Origin: Polyangiaceae bacterium | Lineage (GTDB): Bacteria; Myxococcota_A; Polyangia; Polyangiales; Polyangiaceae | Direction of reading: 5' to 3' | NCBI GenBank assembly: GCA_036560665.1 | Contig: DATBQU010000343.1 | Coordinates: 1-50,955, forward strand | Length of the DNA stretch: 50,955 nt | Notes under the pieces: model-generated | Seen by the model: only the letters and a program-made list of their open reading frames with translations | Database searches by the model: none | What the model was told of the DNA's origin: nothing | Program-made: the position numbers and the translations under genes | Shown here: positions 1 to 9,924 of the stretch, piece by piece | Layout of the letters: every line of letters begins with the position of its first letter | Position numbering within the stretch: position 1 is the first letter of the stretch

Positions 1-1181
1 CCGTCGACGGGCGCGTGGCCAGGCTCCTCGCGACCGAGGGTCAGGTCGTCGCCGTCAAGACGGTCATCGCCCAGATCGAGGAGGGGGCGACCGCGTCCCC
101 CACGCTGTCGGCCGCGCCGGGGGCGCCCGTGTCGCTCCCCCCCGCGTCGCCCATCTCGCCGCCTCTCGGCCCTCTCGCCACGCCGACGGTGCGCAAGGTA
201 GCCCTCGAGAACGACGTCGATCTGACGCGGATCCAGGGCACGGGCGAGCGCGGTCGCGTGACGCGCGACGACGTCATCCGCGCGGCGAGCACGGCGAGCG
301 CCTCGACCGCCAGCGACCACCCCGCCACGACGTCGCCCGCGGCCGAGGTCGCGGCCCCCTCGCAGCCGCCGCCGCGCGCGCAGCAGCTGGCGCAGCTCGT
401 CAACCAGGGCGGAGGCTTCGTCCCGCCCATCCCGGGCGTCGGCTTCGGCGCCTTCAAGGTGCCGCCCTACCGGCCCGCGGACGGCGACAAGGTCGTCCCC
501 TTCACGCGCCGGCGCCGCATCACCGCCGACCACATGACGTACTCGAAGTTCACCTCGCCGCACGTGGTGACGGTGGCCGAGGTGGACCTGCACCGCGCCG
601 GCAAGCTCCGCGACGCGAACAAGGATCGCTACAAGGCCGAGGGCATGAGCCTCACCATGCTCGCCTTCCTGGTCGTGGCCACGGCGCGCGCCCTGCGCGA
701 GAACCCGGCCGTCAACGCCCGCGTCCTCGACGACGCGTACGTCCTCCTCCACGACATCAACCTCGGCGTCGCCGTGGACTCCCCCGACGGCCTGGTGGTC
801 CCGGTCATCCGGCGCGCCGACGAGCTCGGCGTGCGCGGCATCGTCCGCGGCATCGACGACCTCGCCCGGCGCGCCCGCACCGGCAAGATCACCATCGACG
901 ACCTGAGCGGCGCGACGTTCAGCGTCTCCAACCCCGGGCTCAAGGGGAACCTCTTCGGCGGCGCCATCATCAACCAGCCCAACGTCGGCATCCTGCGCAT
1001 GGGCGAGATCCAGAAGCGGGTGGTGGTGGTCGAGTCCCCGGACGCCGAGGACCACATCGCCATCCACCCGGTGATGTACATGGCGCTCTCCTACGACCAC
1101 CGCGTGGTCGACGGCGTCGCCGCCAACGCGTTCCTCTGGCGCGTCACCGAGATCCTCGAGAAGGCGGAGCTCGAGGTCTGA
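1..1181 (+). CDS. 2-oxo acid dehydrogenase complex E2 component (dihydrolipoamide acyltransferase), truncated at its 5-prime end by the window edge
   Basis: The frame is open from base 3. It shows the end of a lipoyl domain (VDGRVARLLATEGQVV), an E3-binding domain (ATPTVRKVALENDVDLTRIQGTGERGRVTRDDV), Ala/Pro linkers and a catalytic domain with SYDHRVVDG. Stop TGA at 1179-1181. Confidence 0.9.
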   Translation, partial: VDGRVARLLATEGQVVAVKTVIAQIEEGATASPTLSAAPGAPVSLPPASPISPPLGPLATPTVRKVALENDVDLTRIQGTGERGRVTRDDVIRAASTASASTASDHPATTSPAAEVAAPSQPPPRAQQLAQLVNQGGGFVPPIPGVGFGAFKVPPYRPADGDKVVPFTRRRRITADHMTYSKFTSPHVVTVAEVDLHRAGKLRDANKDRYKAEGMSLTMLAFLVVATARALRENPAVNARVLDDAYVLLHDINLGVAVDSPDGLVVPVIRRADELGVRGIVRGIDDLARRARTGKITIDDLSGATFSVSNPGLKGNLFGGAIINQPNVGILRMGEIQKRVVVVESPDAEDHIAIHPVMYMALSYDHRVVDGVAANAFLWRVTEILEKAELEV

Positions 1182-1183
1182 AG

Positions 1184-2695
1184 GTGAGGTGGCGGGAGGC
1201 CGCCCTGGTCGGGCTCGCGGCCCTCGCCGTCCACGCCCGGACCCTCGGCTTCGACTTCACCGGCCTGGACGACCGCGACCTGCTGGTCGACGACCAGCCG
1301 TTCCTCTCGCACCCGTCGGCCCTCTGGCGCGTCTTCAGCCGCTCGCACATGCACGTGGTCGACGCCGGCCACGCCTACTACCGCCCGCTGGTGACCGCGT
1401 CGTACGCGCTCGACGCGCAGTGGAGCGGCGTCCGCCCCCTGGGCTACCACCTCACCAACGTGGCGCTCCACGTGGCGGCCAGCTGCCTGCTGCTCGCGCT
1501 CCTCCGGCGCCTGGCGCTCGGACGCGGCGCTGCGCTCGCGGGGGCCATGGTCTTCGCCGTCCACCCCGCCCTCGCGCCGGCGGTGGCGTGGATCCCGGGG
1601 CGCAACGACTCGCTGCTCGCCGTCTTCGTCCTCGGGGCGTGGCTGCTCTTCCTGCGCGATCGCGCGCGTCCCTCGTGGGGCGCCCGCGCGGGGCACCTCG
1701 CCCTGTTCGCCCTGGCGCTGCTGACCAAGGAGACCGCGGTCGTGCTCCCGCTGGTCTGCCTGGCGCACGTCGCCCTCCTCGAGCCGCAGGCGTGGGCACG
1801 CCTGCGCCGTCCCGCGGCCCTGACCGGCTTCGCGGCCGCCTGGGGCGCGCTGGTTTGCGCGCGGTTGCTGGTGCACCCCGGCGGCGGCGCGGCGACGGCC
1901 CGCGACCTGGCCGCCAACCTGCCGCTCCTCGAGATGAGCCTGGGCGCGCTCGTGCTCCCGGTGCGCCCCACCGTGCTGGCCGTGGTCGGCGATCTGCCGC
2001 TCTGGCCTGGCGTCGTCGCCCTCTTCGGGCTGGCCGCGGCGACGCGCCTCGTCGCGGGCGTGCGGCTCCGCGTCGTCGCCCTGGGCGCCGCGGTGTTCGT
2101 CCTCTTCCTCGCCCCCTCGCTGGCGGTGCCGGGGACGCTCGTGCTGGGGCATCGCCTCTATCTGCCGGCCTGCGGCGTGCTGCTCGTCATCGCCGAGATC
2201 GTGCGCGCCCTGGCGCTGGAGCCGAGGGTGCTGGCGGCGTGGGCGGGGGTGACGGTGGCGACCCTCGCGCTGCTCACCGTCGCCTTCGAGGGGGCCTACC
2301 GCGATCGACGCTCGTTCGCGCGCGAGGCCGTGGCAGGCTCGCCCGGCTCGGCGCTCGCCCACTTCTGCCTGGGGCAGAGCCTGCAGCTCGACGGCGACGA
2401 CGACGGCGCGCTCGCCGAGTACCGCGCCGCCCTCGCCATCGGCCCCACCGAGGTCGCGCACAACAACATCGCCGTCATCGCCATGCGCCGCGCGCGCTGG
2501 GCCGAGGCCGAGCAGGAGCTGCGCCAGGAGCTCGACCTCGACCCCCGCTACGGGCGCGCCTACTACAACCTGGGGATCGTCCTGCGGCGAGAGGACCGGC
2601 CGGGCGAGGCCTGCGCCGCCGAGGAGCAGGCCCTCGCGCTGGCCCCCGGCGACGAGGCGGCGCGGCAGGAGCGGGACCGCGACTGCGCGCCCTGA
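1184..2695 (+). CDS. Polytopic membrane protein of the GT-C / TMTC-like glycosyltransferase type with C-terminal TPR repeats
   Basis: GTG start 2 nt after the E2 stop. N-terminus has the YYRPLVTASYALD...GYHLTNVALH pattern followed by about 10 hydrophobic helices. C-terminus has TPR-like repeats (ALAHFCLGQSLQLDGDDDGALAEYRAAL, RYGRAYYNLGIVL). High GC3. Confidence 0.75.
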   Translation: MRWREAALVGLAALAVHARTLGFDFTGLDDRDLLVDDQPFLSHPSALWRVFSRSHMHVVDAGHAYYRPLVTASYALDAQWSGVRPLGYHLTNVALHVAASCLLLALLRRLALGRGAALAGAMVFAVHPALAPAVAWIPGRNDSLLAVFVLGAWLLFLRDRARPSWGARAGHLALFALALLTKETAVVLPLVCLAHVALLEPQAWARLRRPAALTGFAAAWGALVCARLLVHPGGGAATARDLAANLPLLEMSLGALVLPVRPTVLAVVGDLPLWPGVVALFGLAAATRLVAGVRLRVVALGAAVFVLFLAPSLAVPGTLVLGHRLYLPACGVLLVIAEIVRALALEPRVLAAWAGVTVATLALLTVAFEGAYRDRRSFAREAVAGSPGSALAHFCLGQSLQLDGDDDGALAEYRAALAIGPTEVAHNNIAVIAMRRARWAEAEQELRQELDLDPRYGRAYYNLGIVLRREDRPGEACAAEEQALALAPGDEAARQERDRDCAP

Positions 2696-2699
2696 AGCG

Positions 2700-4040
2700 C
2701 TACTCCTCGAGGATCACCTCGTCCAGCTTGCCGGGGTTGGCGCGGACCCGCACCTCGCGCCCCATCAGCATCGCCACCTGGTGCTCGGGCACGAGCTTGC
2801 GGAACGACGAGGCGTACGGCCCGTGCGGGCCCATCACCTGGAGCACGAACTGGTACACCGGCACGTCGTTGATCATGGTGCCCGTCCGCTGCGCGTCGAC
2901 CACGCGCGCCTGCAGCGGGATGCCGTTCACCCGCATCCACGCCGCGTGCTTGCCCTTCGCGCGCGAGCGCAGGACCACCACCACGCCGATCACCAGGAGC
3001 AGCACGCCGATGACGCCGTTGACCAGGTTGCCGCTCAGCCAGTCGTCGGTCGCCAGCGAGACCGCCACGCCGACGCCGATCTCGACCAGCCCGACCACCG
3101 CCAGGATGGCGCCGATGAGGCACCCGATCCCCCCCGCGCTCGCCGCCGCGCGCTGGCTCGCCTCCTGCGTCGTCACCGCGCTGTAGGCGCTGCCGGACTG
3201 CGCGCAGACGTTCAGCGCCGGGAAGCGCGCCTTCACCAGCTCGAGCATGCGCGGGTCGGGCAGCTCGCGGAGGATCTGCGCCGCGGCGCCGACGTTGCCG
3301 AGCAGCTCGAAGGCGTTGGCGCGGAACACCGAGGCCATGGGGTCGAGCGAGTCGGCGATGGGGACGGCGTCCTTCTGCTGCCCGAGCAGCACGAGGACGC
3401 GGTTGGGGTCTCGATCCAGGGTGGCCAGGATGGCCGCCGCGACGCGGTACTCCGAGTCCGCCTCGAGCTCCGGCGCCATGGGGATCATCCAGGACAGCAG
3501 CGCCATCGCGCGCGGGCGGTTCCCCTGCCCCGCCGCCAGCCGGACCAGGCGCCCCAGCTGCTCCTGCTTGTGCCGCGGCAGCACCGCCGCGTCGAGCGCG
3601 CTCTCCGAGAGCGCCTGCGACAGCTCGGGCTGCGACTGCATCGCGGGCTGCTGCACCATGAGCAGCGTCAGGATGGTCAGGTCCTCGCTGGCGGCCACGT
3701 CGCCGGCCGTCGCGCGCGCGCGCAGGCTCTGCCAGATGGCGAGCGCCTCCTGCTCGCGTCCGGCCTGCACGTTGTCTCCCCCCAGCACCGCCTGGAGCGT
3801 CGGCGGCACGAGCCGCGGCCGCCCGTCCTGCACGCGCAGCTGCGCCAGGCGCCCCATGTCGTTGTTGGGAGGCTGGAGCGGCGCGCCCGCGCTGGCGAGC
3901 ATGCCGCTGCGGTCGGGCAGGGTGTAGGGCGTGCGGCAGCGCTGGCAGCTGACGTTGCCCCCCTGGATGGGCGCCGGCGAGGGCGAGCTGCACCCCGGGC
4001 ACACGTAGAGGCGATCGGCGCTGCTGTCGCGGTACATCAT
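2700..4040 (-). CDS. Hypothetical membrane protein with an N-terminal zinc-ribbon-like CxxC...CxxC, a helical repeat region and two TM helices
   Basis: ORF 2700..4064. The start is preferred at ATG 4040 because AAGGAG lies 8 nt upstream. N-terminus reads YVCPGCSS...VSCQRCRT. TM helices are GGIGCLIGAILAVVGLVEIGVGVAV and LVNGVIGVLLLVIGVVVVL. Confidence 0.75.
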   Translation of the reverse strand: MMYRDSSADRLYVCPGCSSPSPAPIQGGNVSCQRCRTPYTLPDRSGMLASAGAPLQPPNNDMGRLAQLRVQDGRPRLVPPTLQAVLGGDNVQAGREQEALAIWQSLRARATAGDVAASEDLTILTLLMVQQPAMQSQPELSQALSESALDAAVLPRHKQEQLGRLVRLAAGQGNRPRAMALLSWMIPMAPELEADSEYRVAAAILATLDRDPNRVLVLLGQQKDAVPIADSLDPMASVFRANAFELLGNVGAAAQILRELPDPRMLELVKARFPALNVCAQSGSAYSAVTTQEASQRAAASAGGIGCLIGAILAVVGLVEIGVGVAVSLATDDWLSGNLVNGVIGVLLLVIGVVVVLRSRAKGKHAAWMRVNGIPLQARVVDAQRTGTMINDVPVYQFVLQVMGPHGPYASSFRKLVPEHQVAMLMGREVRVRANPGKLDEVILEE

Positions 4041-4231
4041 GGCGTGAGGGCTCCTTGCGATCACGCCATCCTATGCGATCGCCGGGGCGCAGACCCGGCC
4101 GTCGTCGCCGGCGGTGACGCGACCGTGGCCTCGAGCCGTGACGGCAGTCGACGAGCAGATCGCCGCCACGTCACTCGACCACGTCCGCGTCAACACCGGC
4201 GACCACGACCGGGCCGCCGTCGGCGCGCTCC

Positions 4232-4945
4232 TCAGCCACCTCCCGCGTCGACCGCGCCGTCGACGATCTCGAAGTAGAGCGTGGTGCTCGGGCTCGCCGT
4301 CCCTCCGAGGTTGGCGAGCGAGTAGGGCGTCACCACCAGGACGTGCTTGCCCACGGGGAGGGTGCAGGGGGTGATGACCCCGGCGCCGTCGTCGCTGCAC
4401 AGCGTGTAGGGCACCGCGTTCTCGGTGTGCGTGGTCACCGCCGAGTCGAGCGCGAACCCCACGCTCCCCACCGTCGCCAGGGTGGTGTTCACGCGGATGC
4501 TCAGCAGCGCCCCCACCTTGCCCAAGTCGATGACCGCGTTCTCGGCGATGGGGTCGTAGCCGGGCACCGGCGAGCCCAGCACCACGTTGGTGATCGACGT
4601 GTCGATGAGCGAGAAGGTGTTTCTCGGATCCCCCGCGTCCACCGGCGCGGCCTCGGCGGCGTCGGCCGCGTCGCTCGCGCCCGCGTCGGCTCCGCCGCCC
4701 TCGGGGGTGGGCGCCGGCGCCGAGGCCTCCGCCGGCCCCGGGTTGCCGGGGGGCGGCGTGGTGGACGAGTCGTCGCCCCCGCTGGGGCCGCCGCCGAGCG
4801 GACCGCCGCCGCTCGCGGCCAGGGTGACCTGGTCGGCCGCGCCGGAGCTGCAGGCCGCGACGACCGCCGCGCACGACGTCCCCATCGCGAGCGACAGGAG
4901 CGCCGCGAACCCCGACCGCGCACCGCTACGCAGGACGATGTTCAC
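4232..4945 (-). CDS. Putative lipoprotein with a Gly/Pro/Ala-rich linker and a C-terminal beta-rich domain
   Basis: ORF 4232..5041. GTG 4945 gives VNIVLRSGARSGFAALLSLAMGTSCAAVVAAC, a signal peptide with a VAAC lipobox. The start position is uncertain. Confidence 0.6.
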   Translation of the reverse strand: MNIVLRSGARSGFAALLSLAMGTSCAAVVAACSSGAADQVTLAASGGGPLGGGPSGGDDSSTTPPPGNPGPAEASAPAPTPEGGGADAGASDAADAAEAAPVDAGDPRNTFSLIDTSITNVVLGSPVPGYDPIAENAVIDLGKVGALLSIRVNTTLATVGSVGFALDSAVTTHTENAVPYTLCSDDGAGVITPCTLPVGKHVLVVTPYSLANLGGTASPSTTLYFEIVDGAVDAGGG

Positions 4946-4958
4946 GTCACACCGGTGT

Positions 4959-4973
4959 TGCAAGGCGTGATCC
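4959..4973 (-). promoter_or_regulatory. Weak sigma54-like -24/-12 element
   Basis: The minus strand reads GGATCACGCCTTGCA. The GG-N10-GC spacing is correct and TTGCA is perfect, but the -24 box is poor. It sits about 14 nt upstream of the GTG at 4945. Confidence 0.2.
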
Positions 4974-5144
4974 CGCAGCCGATGGGCCCCCATGCGGAGC
5001 AAACGAGGGAAATTCCGCGGGTGCCGCCCGACGACGCCCATGGTCGCTGGATGTGGGCCGATTCACCCGCGCGGGTCGCCCGCGGACCAGCCGGACCGGC
5101 GGCGGAAAAGTGCACTTCGCCGGCGGCGTGGGTGCGTCACGCGG

Positions 5145-5828
5145 TCACGCGGCCGACAGCACCGCCTCGAACAGCTTCCTGCCGTCGGCGCCGCCGAGGA
5201 TGGCCTCGCTCATGCGCTCCGGATGCGGCATCAAGCCGAACACGTTCTTGCGCGCGTCCCCGTAGATCCCGGCGATGGCGTGCAGGCTGCCGTTGGGATT
5301 GGCGCGCTCGTCGAGGGCGCCCGCGCTCGTGCAGTAGCGCAGGGCGATGAGGCCGTCGTCCTCCAGGCGGCGCAGCGTGCGCTCGTCCGCCTGGTAGCGC
5401 CCCTCGCCGTGCGCGACGGGGAGCTTCCACACGTCGCCGAGCGCCCGCGTGAAGGGGCCCTCGGCCGTCACCTTCACGTGCCAGTCGCCGCACTCGAAGC
5501 GCAGCCCCGCGTTGCGCGTGAGAGCGCCGGGCAGCAGGCCCACCTCGGTGAGGATCTGGAAGCCGTTGCACACGCCGAGCACGTACCCGCCGCGCGCGGC
5601 GTGGGCGCGGATGGCCCCCACGATGGGGCTGACCTTGGCGATGGCGCCGCAGCGCAGGTAGTCGCCGTAGGCGAACCCGCCGGGGACGGCGACGAGGTCG
5701 GTCCCGGCCGGCAGGGCCGTGTCGGTGTGCCACGCCACCGTGGTCGGCGCGCCGCACACGTCGCGCAGGGTGTGGAGCATCTCGGCGTCCGCGTTCGAGC
5801 CCGGAAAGACGACGACGCAGGCGCGCAT
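5145..5828 (-). CDS. purQ: Phosphoribosylformylglycinamidine synthase I, glutamine amidotransferase subunit
   Basis: MRACVVVFPGSNADAE..., GVCNGFQIL (nucleophile Cys) and LMPHPER motifs. ATG at 5828. The longer ORF reaching 6194 only reads through the repeat array. Confidence 0.92.
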   Translation of the reverse strand: MRACVVVFPGSNADAEMLHTLRDVCGAPTTVAWHTDTALPAGTDLVAVPGGFAYGDYLRCGAIAKVSPIVGAIRAHAARGGYVLGVCNGFQILTEVGLLPGALTRNAGLRFECGDWHVKVTAEGPFTRALGDVWKLPVAHGEGRYQADERTLRRLEDDGLIALRYCTSAGALDERANPNGSLHAIAGIYGDARKNVFGLMPHPERMSEAILGGADGRKLFEAVLSAA

Positions 5829-5935
5829 GGCACGGTGAGGTAGCACACCCCTCGCGCGCGGGGAGGCCCGAAGAAGCCGCCAGGCCGCAGAGCCGCCGAG
5901 AGAAGGGGCCTGACGCGCGCTCCAACCCCCTTCTT

Positions 5936-5958
5936 CTTGGCGTCTTGGCGCCTTGGCG
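5936..5958. repeat. Three tandem copies of CTTGGCG at an 8-bp period
   Basis: CTTGGCG occurs at 5936, 5944 and 5952 in the purQ-purL intergenic region. Confidence 0.7.
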
Positions 5959-6004
5959 GCCCTCTCCTCTTCCCGGCCTCGCAGGAGGCCCGGAGCCCTC
6001 CGCT

Positions 6005-6172
6005 GGAGGATCGCGTCCCTGCGACGGAGGATCGCGATCCTGCGACGGAGGATCGCGCCCCTGCGACGGAGGATCGCGTCCCTGCGCCGGAGGATCGCGA
6101 TCCTGCGACGGAGGATCGCGATCCCGGGCCCGAGGATCGCGATCCTCCAGCGGAGGGACGCGCCCCTGCCGT
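6005..6172. repeat. Tandem array of eight 21-bp units, each carrying a GGATCGCGATCC-type palindrome
   Basis: Units start at 6005, 6026, 6047, 6068, 6089, 6110, 6131 and 6152, with consensus GGAGGATCGCGATCCTGCGAC. Perfect 12-bp palindromes lie at 6029-6040, 6092-6103, 6113-6124 and 6134-6145. The last one extends to 16 bp at 6132-6147, and the final unit is degenerate. Confidence 0.9.
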
Positions 6173-6234
6173 CCGGGGACGCCCTCCCGTGCATTGAGGC
6201 GCCCGCCTTTTGGCGCTAGGTCACTGTCCTCCGC

Positions 6235-8547
<2,313 letters not shown>

Positions 8548-8650
8548 CGGGCGATCCGGCCTACACCGGCCCATGGCGGAGCCTCTTCGCGTCGCGGGCA
8601 CTGTGGTAGGGTGAACGCCGAGCCTCGCCAGAGGGCGTGGCGCTCCTTCC

Positions 8651-9613
8651 ATGTCGTCCGCGAAGGTTCCGTCGCCCCTGCTGGGGTACAACAACAACGT
8701 CCGCCACAAGGGCAAGGTCTTCCACATCCAGACGGAAGACTCGGGCGTGAAGTACGGGCACATCATCACGCACCTCTTCATGGATGGCGGGCGCATCCTC
8801 AAGAGCGTCAAGACGAGCTACGCGGAGTACATCGGCAACGAGCGGATGGGCGACATCGTCCGCGAGATGATGAAGCAGCAGCACAAGGCGATGTTCATCG
8901 CCCTGCGCGACGGGAAGTTCGACCCCATGGCCGACGGGGCCGCGGACGCCTCGCAGGCGACGCGCGCGGTGGCGGCGGAGTCACCGCCCACGCCCTCGGC
9001 CACCGCGGAGAAGGTGACGCCCCCGCCCGCGCGGCTCGCGCCGCCGAGGCCAGCCGCGCCGACCCCGGGGGCCAGGCCGGCGCCGCCCTCGCGGACGCCG
9101 CCTCCCGCCGACCGCACGGACCGCTACGTCTCGCCCGGCGTCGGTTCGATGACGGATGCGGAAGGGCCGCCCACCATCCGCCAGCCGGCCCCGCCGGGCG
9201 AGCTCACGCTCGACATCGACGCGCTCGAGCGCGCGGCGGCGGCCAGCTCGGCCGCGCCGGCCATGCGCGCGGCCAGCGACCTGCCCCCGCCTCCCGCGAA
9301 CCTCTTCCGCGAGAGGACGACGGCGGGCAAGTACCGCATCACGCCGGTGCCGCCCGCCATCGCCGCCGCGCCGGAGGCCCCTGCGGCCGCACGGCCCCCC
9401 GCCGGGGCGGGCGCGGCCCCGGTGCGCAAGCCTTCGCAGGCCGCGATCGCCGCGGCCGAGCGCCGCTACGCGCCCACGCGGCCGGCGTCGATCTTCGGGC
9501 AAGCTCGACCGCAGCAGGGCAAGTCGATCTTCGGTGAGGACCTCATCAGCGACAAGTCGCTCGACGAGGTCATCCTCAGCTACCTGGCCGAGGATCTCGA
9601 CGAGAAGAAGTGA
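8651..9613 (+). CDS. Hypothetical protein with a conserved N-terminal domain and a Pro/Ala-rich low-complexity remainder
   Basis: The N-terminal 90 aa (LLGYNNNVRHKGKVFHIQTEDSGVKYGHIITHLFMDGGRILKS) look globular. They are followed by about 200 aa of P/A-rich sequence and an acidic tail (DEVILSYLAEDLDEKK). High GC3. Confidence 0.75.
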   Translation: MSSAKVPSPLLGYNNNVRHKGKVFHIQTEDSGVKYGHIITHLFMDGGRILKSVKTSYAEYIGNERMGDIVREMMKQQHKAMFIALRDGKFDPMADGAADASQATRAVAAESPPTPSATAEKVTPPPARLAPPRPAAPTPGARPAPPSRTPPPADRTDRYVSPGVGSMTDAEGPPTIRQPAPPGELTLDIDALERAAAASSAAPAMRAASDLPPPPANLFRERTTAGKYRITPVPPAIAAAPEAPAAARPPAGAGAAPVRKPSQAAIAAAERRYAPTRPASIFGQARPQQGKSIFGEDLISDKSLDEVILSYLAEDLDEKK

Positions 9614-9617
9614 CGAC

Positions 9618-9657
9618 AAAAAAAACGCGCCCGAACGACTTGCGTCATCCGGGCGCG
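9618..9657 (-). terminator. Rho-independent terminator read on the minus strand
   Basis: The minus strand reads CGCGCCCG-(16 nt)-CGGGCGCG followed by T8. The stem arms are 9650-9657 and 9626-9633, and the A8 run on the plus strand is 9618-9625. Confidence 0.7.
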
Positions 9658-9924
9658 GTGGGCTGCGCGGTGGGGGAGGGGTTTCGCGCCAGCCCTCAAG
9701 GTACGGTCGCCGCGCTCGCCGCTAGGAGGGAGACGGCCACGGCAAACCGCACGCACTCTTACTTGTGTCTGCTGCGCGACGCGGGCAAGTGGTGATTGCC
9801 TCTTTTCAGGTTGGGGTTGAGGGGACAACCTGGCGGGTCTGCTCCAGCTTTCCCGCCCTCTTGGAGCAAGACAGCGGGGGCCGCACGTCTATTCCGATGC
9901 CCCGCCGGGGCGCTCCGTTTCGCC

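Noticed and set aside
6005-6172. CRISPR array
   Set aside because: The units are directly abutting 21-mers with no unique spacers, and no cas genes are present. The same reasoning applies to the array at 46570-46884.
9125-9145. GGTTCGAT, a tRNA T-loop-like string; similar GGTTCG strings occur inside the 46.6-kb array
   Set aside because: No acceptor, D or anticodon arms can be built around them. The first lies inside a well-supported CDS.
9784-9800. GGCAA...TTGCC inverted repeat as a sigma54 promoter on the minus strand
   Set aside because: The GG to GC spacing is two bases too long for the strict -24/-12 geometry.
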